This document shows positions 57,625 through 64,000 of a stretch of DNA of 64,000 nt, piece by piece. Source of the DNA: Eledone cirrhosa (taxonomy: Eukaryota). The DNA lies in NCBI GenBank assembly GCA_964016885.1, contig CAXHJY010000565.1, forward strand, positions 124,001-188,000. Reading direction: 5' to 3'. A model generated the notes under the pieces. That model saw only the letters and a list, made by a program, of their open reading frames with translations, was not told the DNA's origin and ran no database searches. A program made the translations under genes and the position numbers. Numbering within the stretch: position 1 is the stretch's first letter; each line of letters begins with the position of its first letter.

Positions 57625-60600
57625 GCAAAAGTTTTATTTAAAATTGTTGGGTTACAACGAGTAAATATTTTATAACTGATATAAAAGCACTCAACAAGTT
57701 TTGGAGTAGATTGATTGCATCATCAAAATCTGACCTGGGTAAACTTAGCAAAAACATTCTAGACAGGGTGATACAGCAAATTAAAAACTTGAATTGTTTA
57801 CCTAACTTGAGCTTGTGGAAGGGAACTGGAGAGGTCGTTGAGTGGTTTAAAGAAATTAAATATAACAATAATAATAAATTTATTCAACTAGATATTGCTA
57901 ACTACTATTCGTCTATTACCCCTAATCTACTAAATAAGGCACTAAATTACGCATTCAAACATACAGACCTAACTAGCAATGAAATGCACATTATATTATC
58001 GGCAAGGGAAAACATTGATAGAATTTAATAACCAACTATGGACTAGGGCAGATAGAGATAATAATTTCGACATTACTATGGGATCATCAGACTCAGCTCA
58101 GGTAACGGACCTTGTGGGCCTATTTATATAATTAATTCGCTGCATAGGAAAATACCCGGTGTTACCGGAGGATTATATCGAGATGACATGCTTTTACTTA
58201 TTGAAAATAATAACTCTGAACTAAATAGAAAAAGAAAACAAATTATACAATTTTTTAATTACCTTAATCTAAAAATAGAAATTGAGAATAACCAGTAGAA
58301 TAGTCAATTTCCTAGATGTAACATTAAATCTCAACACATGTCTTCACTATCCATTTCACAAGTTAAATGAAAACTTGAATTATGTCAGTTTTAGCTCTAA
58401 TCACCCCAGATCTGTCAAAAATACTATAGTGAACTCTGTTCAAAAACGTATCTCTAGAATCTCATCTAATAAAAATATTTTCGACGAAAAAGCCCAGTAT
58501 TACAATGAAGCGTTAGCTAGAGCAGGATATAGTGATAAAATTATGTACATCGATAATAGACAAACTACCCAAAAATAACAACAATTTTAATTACGGTAAC
58601 AACTTTAACAACTATAATAGAAAGCATTACAATAATTCCAAAAACCAGAAAAGGAATAGAACTAGAAATATAATATGGTTTGCCCCCCCCCCCCTTCTCA
58701 CTAAACATTAAAACCCACATCGCTAAACTATTTTTTAATGCTCTTGACAAACGCTTCCCTAGAACACATAAGTATCACTCAATTTTCAATAGACATACTA
58801 TAAAATTAACATACTCGTCCACCAAAAATTTAGCACAAAATATTAATAGAATAAATAATAGGAATCTAAAACCTAGCCAAAATACCGAAAATAGCCTAAA
58901 CAATATTCAAGTAAACAACTGTAACTGTAGAGATAGATCTAAATGTCCGCTAAATAACAATTGCTTAGTTAAAAATATAATATACAACTGTAATGTTAAA
59001 ACTGACTTAAATTCTTTTAATTATGTTGGTTCCACCTCGACAGAATTTAAACTTCGCTATAATAATCACAAGAATTCTTTCACGGATCCAAATAAAAAAT
59101 CTTCAACATCGCTGTCAGGGTTACTCTGGCAACTTAAGCATGATAAAATTGGATATTCGATGGTTTGGAATATAGTCTCAAAAGGGATTCCTTTTAATTC
59201 CTCTTCTGAGACATGTGACCTCTGCGCGGAGGAGATATTCTTTATACTAAAATCTAAAAATTCCATTAATTTACGGACCAATTTATTCAGCTGCTGCAGA
59301 CATAGATTGAACTCAACTTTTAAATATAAATATAAATTTAAAATGTAGTATATTTACTTAAGATATTTAACTATTTATGAAGCTTGGCGATAAATCTTTC
59401 GATTCCTTCAATTTTTTAAAACCTTCTTCATGAGTATATAATTAATGAGATTAATTAAACTACCCTAAAATGGTGATGCTCCCAATCTATTGAATAAATT
59501 TTTAAGCTAGATAAACTTCTATAATAAATATAAGAGCATTTGTAGAACAACTGGGTATCCATAAATTTTTTTTTGAATGATTTCTGCTAAATAAGTTTTG
59601 TTGAATAATTTTGGTTTTGTTTGCTTTTGATTCTGATTGCTTCTAATGAACTTGACAATATATTGTCAAATAAATTGGAAGGGTGGTTTTCTGTGGTTGA
59701 TATGCGTGGCATACTATGTTTTCTTACGTCCCTAGATACTCTGGGGAGTGATGAAAATATTCTTGGCGTTTTTAATATATTGATATCTGTTGTCTATTCT
59801 ATGCTTGAACGATAATCATGTAAGTGAGGGCAAGAATATTATTATTAATATTAATGTATATTTTATGTCTATATATATATGTATGTACATATATGTATGG
59901 TGGAATCTTTTGTAACGCAATGAAGATTTTCATGAAAAATAAGAAATTACAGAGCCGATCACGTAAATTCACATGTGTGTCTATAATTGTCAACTTGAAT
60001 TTGAGATAACCTTCTCTTTTCTCTTTTTCTTTTTTCATGAAAATACATATATACTTATGTATTTCAGTATTTTTGAAGTTTTATCTCAGATTTTGATTAT
60101 AAACCTAAGAATTTTTAAACTAAACATAGGGTCATTATTTTTTCATTTTTTCACACATTATTGATATGTGTCTCATTCATGAATATTGATATTTACATTA
60201 TAATACCTAATTCATTTGAATTGATAATTCAAATGGATGAAACATAATATTTTAAATCTATCATCTTTCTGAATATATCTATTTCTTCTCCTCTTCCCTC
60301 TCCACTTGACGAGATTTATGTATCGGCTGATTTAACTGTATCTCTCCCACCTCGTATGATAGATATTACTCGATCTACCTCTTTTCTCCCACCACCTATA
60401 TCTCTCTCTACCTCTCTTTATTTATTTTTACTTTTATTTTTATTTCTCTCCGTATCCTTAAGACTATAACTAAATAAATAAATAAATAAATAAATAATTA
60501 CAGTACCCCCTTCCCTCCTTAATCTCTCATTTGTACGTTGATCATCTGTGCCCAAGCTGCCTATCATTTTTCACTTCCTCAATATATTTCTCTCTCCCAT

Positions 60601-60971
60601 ATCTCTTTCTCTCTCTATCTCGCTCTGTTGTTTTTCTTTACATACATCTCTTCATCTTCTTCGTCTTCCTCTCTAACTGTCCTTAGCACTATACACTTTC
60701 TTTCTTCTTCTCTTCGTCCTTAGCACTATACACTTTCCTTCTTTTTTCTCTTCGTCTTTCTTTCTAACTGTCCTTAACATTTTCACTACCAAATCAACTT
60801 TTTAAATGGAAGTTGTAATGTTTAAGGTATGTCAAATTTATTTATAAAACGGTTTATATATTGTATTTTGTCTGAGGAAGGCATACCATATTTTTAATAT
60901 GTTATCCCTGAAATATATATAATGAAATAAATATGGTTTTATAAATATAGTTTCCATTTGTTTAATATCGT
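57622..60971 (+). mobile_element. 5'-truncated Penelope-like element (RT + zinc finger + GIY-YIG), with inverted terminal fragment at the 5' end and 3' HHR at 60865-60928
   Basis: FIQLDIANYYSSIT, FDITMGS, GLYRDD, VNFLDVTL, SNHP, CNCRDRSKCPLNNNC, IIY..YVGST...RYNNH, CDLC..E; frameshifted; CTGAGGA agg...cct GAAAT ATAT ATA. Confidence 0.93.
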
Positions 60972-61011
60972 ATATATATAATATATATATATATAATATA
61001 TATAATATATA

Positions 61012-61067
<56 letters not shown>

Positions 61068-61100
61068 TATATATATAATATATATATATATATAATATAT

Positions 61101-61132
<32 letters not shown>

Positions 61133-61138
61133 ATATAT

Positions 61139-61170
<32 letters not shown>

Positions 61171-61185
61171 ATATATATATATAAT

Positions 61186-61354
<169 letters not shown>

Positions 61355-61358
61355 TATA

Positions 61359-61406
<48 letters not shown>

Positions 61407-61434
61407 TATATAATATATATATATATATTATAAT

Positions 61435-61866
61435 ATTAAAATAAATGGAAAACTATATTTATAAAACCATATTTATTTCATATATATATTTCGGGATATC
61501 ATATAACCAATATGCTATGCCTTCCTCAGACAAAATACAATATAAACAGTTTTATAGATAAATAGATTCGACATACCGTTATAACACCGACTTCCATTTG
61601 AAGAGGTTTAAGCTGGCAGTGAAAAAATTTTACACAGAGAGAAAGAAAGAGAGAAAAAAGAAAGAAAGACAGAAAACGAAGAAAAGGAAGAAAAAGAAGA
61701 AATGCATGTAACAAAATAGAGAGATGGAAAGATAGATAAAGCGAAGAACTTCATGTAAAGAAACAGAAAGAGATATATATAGAGAGGAGAGAGGAGATAG
61801 ATACATATATATATAGAAAATTAGGTAGTGGGAGGGTCATTTTGAGTAAATGTATCAATGATACAT

Positions 61867-61897
<31 letters not shown>

Positions 61898-64000
61898 GCT
61901 CAAGTATTAATGTAAGGGAGATATATATAGAGAGAAAAAATATAGAGAGAGGAAAAAATAGCGAGAGAAAAAATTTTAAAATAGCCAGATATATTCGGAG
62001 GCGTAAAAACCCTATGTTTTAATGTATTAGTATTTATAAAACTTACACTATATTGTAAATATCAGTATTCCTGAATGAGACAAGTATCCATAGTGTGTGA
62101 AAATTAATTATCTTATGTTTAGTTTTAAAAAAATTCATATGTTTATGTGACAGCTACAAACATCCATGCGAATCCACATGATTCACTCTGCAAACTCTAG
62201 GTTCACGGAAAACATTCTCAATGTGGTATAAAAATTTGAGCATACATATATGTGTATTATTATTCCTGTCTTTACTCTACAAGATTATCTATCAAGCAGA
62301 AATAGAGAGCAGATTTCAATATACTAATAAAAATATATATCAGAAACAAAACTAAAAAAATAAAAAGATAACAATAATAATAATAAGTAAAAATAAGTAA
62401 TAATAAAATAGAAAGCTAAAAAAATATTACGAAAGAATATTACATAATAAAAATATTACATATTAAAAATATTACGTATTAAAAAATATTACGTATTAAA
62501 AATTTACATATTAAAGATATTAAAAATAAAAATAAAAAATAAAAAATAATTATAAAATACTACAATAATAAAAAATAAAAATAAAAATAAACCACAAAGA
62601 TCAACCCTTCAAAGTTAATTGACAATATATTGCCAAGTTCATTACAAGACAAAGCCAAAAATTATCTATCAAATTACATCTAGCAAAGATCATTTCAAAA
62701 AGTTTATGATGTCCAAATTGGTCTACATATGTTCTTATATTTAATATAGAAGTTTATCTAGTGTAAGGTTTATTCAAAAAATTTGGAGCATCAGCTTTTA
62801 GGGTAGCTTAATTTTTCATGGGGAATGTTTAAATAAAAATAAAATAAAAATAAAAATAAACAATAAAAAAAAGAATAAAAAGAAGGAATCAAAAATTTAG
62901 GAATCAAAAATTTATCGGCTAGTTTCCCATATAAATATAAATCAAACTAAATATACTACATTTTAAATTTAAATTTATATTTAAACGTTGAGTTTAATCT
63001 ATGTTTGCAACAACTGAATAAATTTGTCCGTAGGTTAACGGAATTTTTAGATTTTAGTATAAAGAATATCTCCTCTGCGCAGAGGTCACATGTCTCAGAG
63101 GATGAATTAAAAGGAATCCCTCTTGAGACTATATTCCAAGCCGTCGAATATCTAACGTTATCTAGCTTAAGTTGCCAGAGTACGCCTGATAGTGCCGTTG
63201 AAGATTTTTTACTTGGATCTGTGAAAGAATTCTTGTGGTTATTATAGCGAAGTTTAAATTCCGTCGATGTGGAACCGACGTAGTTAAAAGAATTAGAGTC
63301 AGTATTAACATTACAATTGTATACTATATTTTTAACTAAGCAGTTGTTATTTAACGGACATTTAGATCTATCTCTACAGTTACATTTGTTAACTTGTATA
63401 TTATTTATGCTATTATCACTAGGTTTTAAGTTCCTATTATTTATTCTATTAATATTTTGTGCTAAATTTTTGGTGGATGAGTAGGTTAATTTAATTGTAT
63501 GCCTATTGAAAATTGAGTGATACCTATGTGTTCTAGGGAAGCGATTATCAAGAGCTTTGAAAAATAATTTAGCGATGTGGGTTTTAATGTTTAGTGAGAA
63601 AGGGGGGGCAAACCAAATTATGTTCCTAGTTCTATTTCTTTTTTGGCCTTTGGAATTATTGTAATGCTTTCTATTATAGTTGTTAATGTTGTTGCCGTAA
63701 TTAAAAAAGTTGTTACTTTGTTTAGTTTGTCTATCATTATCTATGTACACAATCTTATCAGCATATCCTGCCCTAGCTAATGCTTCATTATAGTATTGGG
63801 CCTTTTCGTCGAAAATCTTTCTATTCGACGAGATCCTAGAGATACGTTTTTGAACTGAGTTTACTATAGTGTTTTTGACAGATCTGGGGTGGTTAGAGTT
63901 AAAGTTGACATAGTTTAAGTTTTCATTCAACTTGTGAAAAGGATAGTGGAGACATGTGTTGAGATTTAATGTTATATCTAGGAAATTGACTATTCTATGG
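61435..64000 (-). mobile_element. Second PLE of the same family, running off the window (HHR 61475-61536)
   Basis: Homologous to 58.3-61 kb; tail-to-tail across (TA)n. Confidence 0.92.
62956..64000 (-). CDS. PLE ORF C-terminus: RT thumb, CxCx5Cx5C finger, GIY-YIG endonuclease
   Basis: Open frame with NFLDITL, SNHP, IIWFAPPFS, CNCRDRSKCPLNNNC, IVY..YVGST..FKLRYNNH, CDLC..E. Confidence 0.88.
   Translation of the reverse strand, partial: HRIVNFLDITLNLNTCLHYPFHKLNENLNYVNFNSNHPRSVKNTIVNSVQKRISRISSNRKIFDEKAQYYNEALARAGYADKIVYIDNDRQTKQSNNFFNYGNNINNYNRKHYNNSKGQKRNRTRNIIWFAPPFSLNIKTHIAKLFFKALDNRFPRTHRYHSIFNRHTIKLTYSSTKNLAQNINRINNRNLKPSDNSINNIQVNKCNCRDRSKCPLNNNCLVKNIVYNCNVNTDSNSFNYVGSTSTEFKLRYNNHKNSFTDPSKKSSTALSGVLWQLKLDNVRYSTAWNIVSRGIPFNSSSETCDLCAEEIFFILKSKNSVNLRTNLFSCCKHRLNSTFKYKFKFKM

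Overview
Repeat-dense eukaryotic DNA, AT-rich and full of (TA)n, (CA)n, (TAG)n and (ACTAT)n microsatellites. The SINE, Helitron and RTE content resembles Octopus/cephalopod DNA (inference). No host gene is recognisable; most listed ORFs are microsatellite or antisense artefacts. Mobile elements are a near full-length frameshifted Tx1/L1-clade LINE with three 3' fragments, two RTE LINEs, non-autonomous Helitrons, a Helentron/HINE-like tandem, a mariner fragment, two small DNA-transposon MITEs, tRNA-type SINEs and Penelope-like elements (PLEs; RT + GIY-YIG). The main signal is a very large load of type I hammerhead ribozymes (HHRs), about 44 by my manual reading, belonging to over ten sequence families, nearly all inserted in (TA)n. 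They include two giant head-to-head concatemers: a 310-bp unit (9 HHRs, 31.1-33.9 kb) and a 466-bp unit (16 HHRs, 34.2-41.9 kb). Diverged relatives occur as a 422-bp dimer and a 287-bp circularly permuted monomer, alongside many small fold-backs and one family with a U3:A8 core variant. The picture fits retrozyme-like circular RNAs copied by rolling-circle reverse transcription and mobilised by the neighbouring HHR-bearing PLEs. That mechanism is inferred, not shown.
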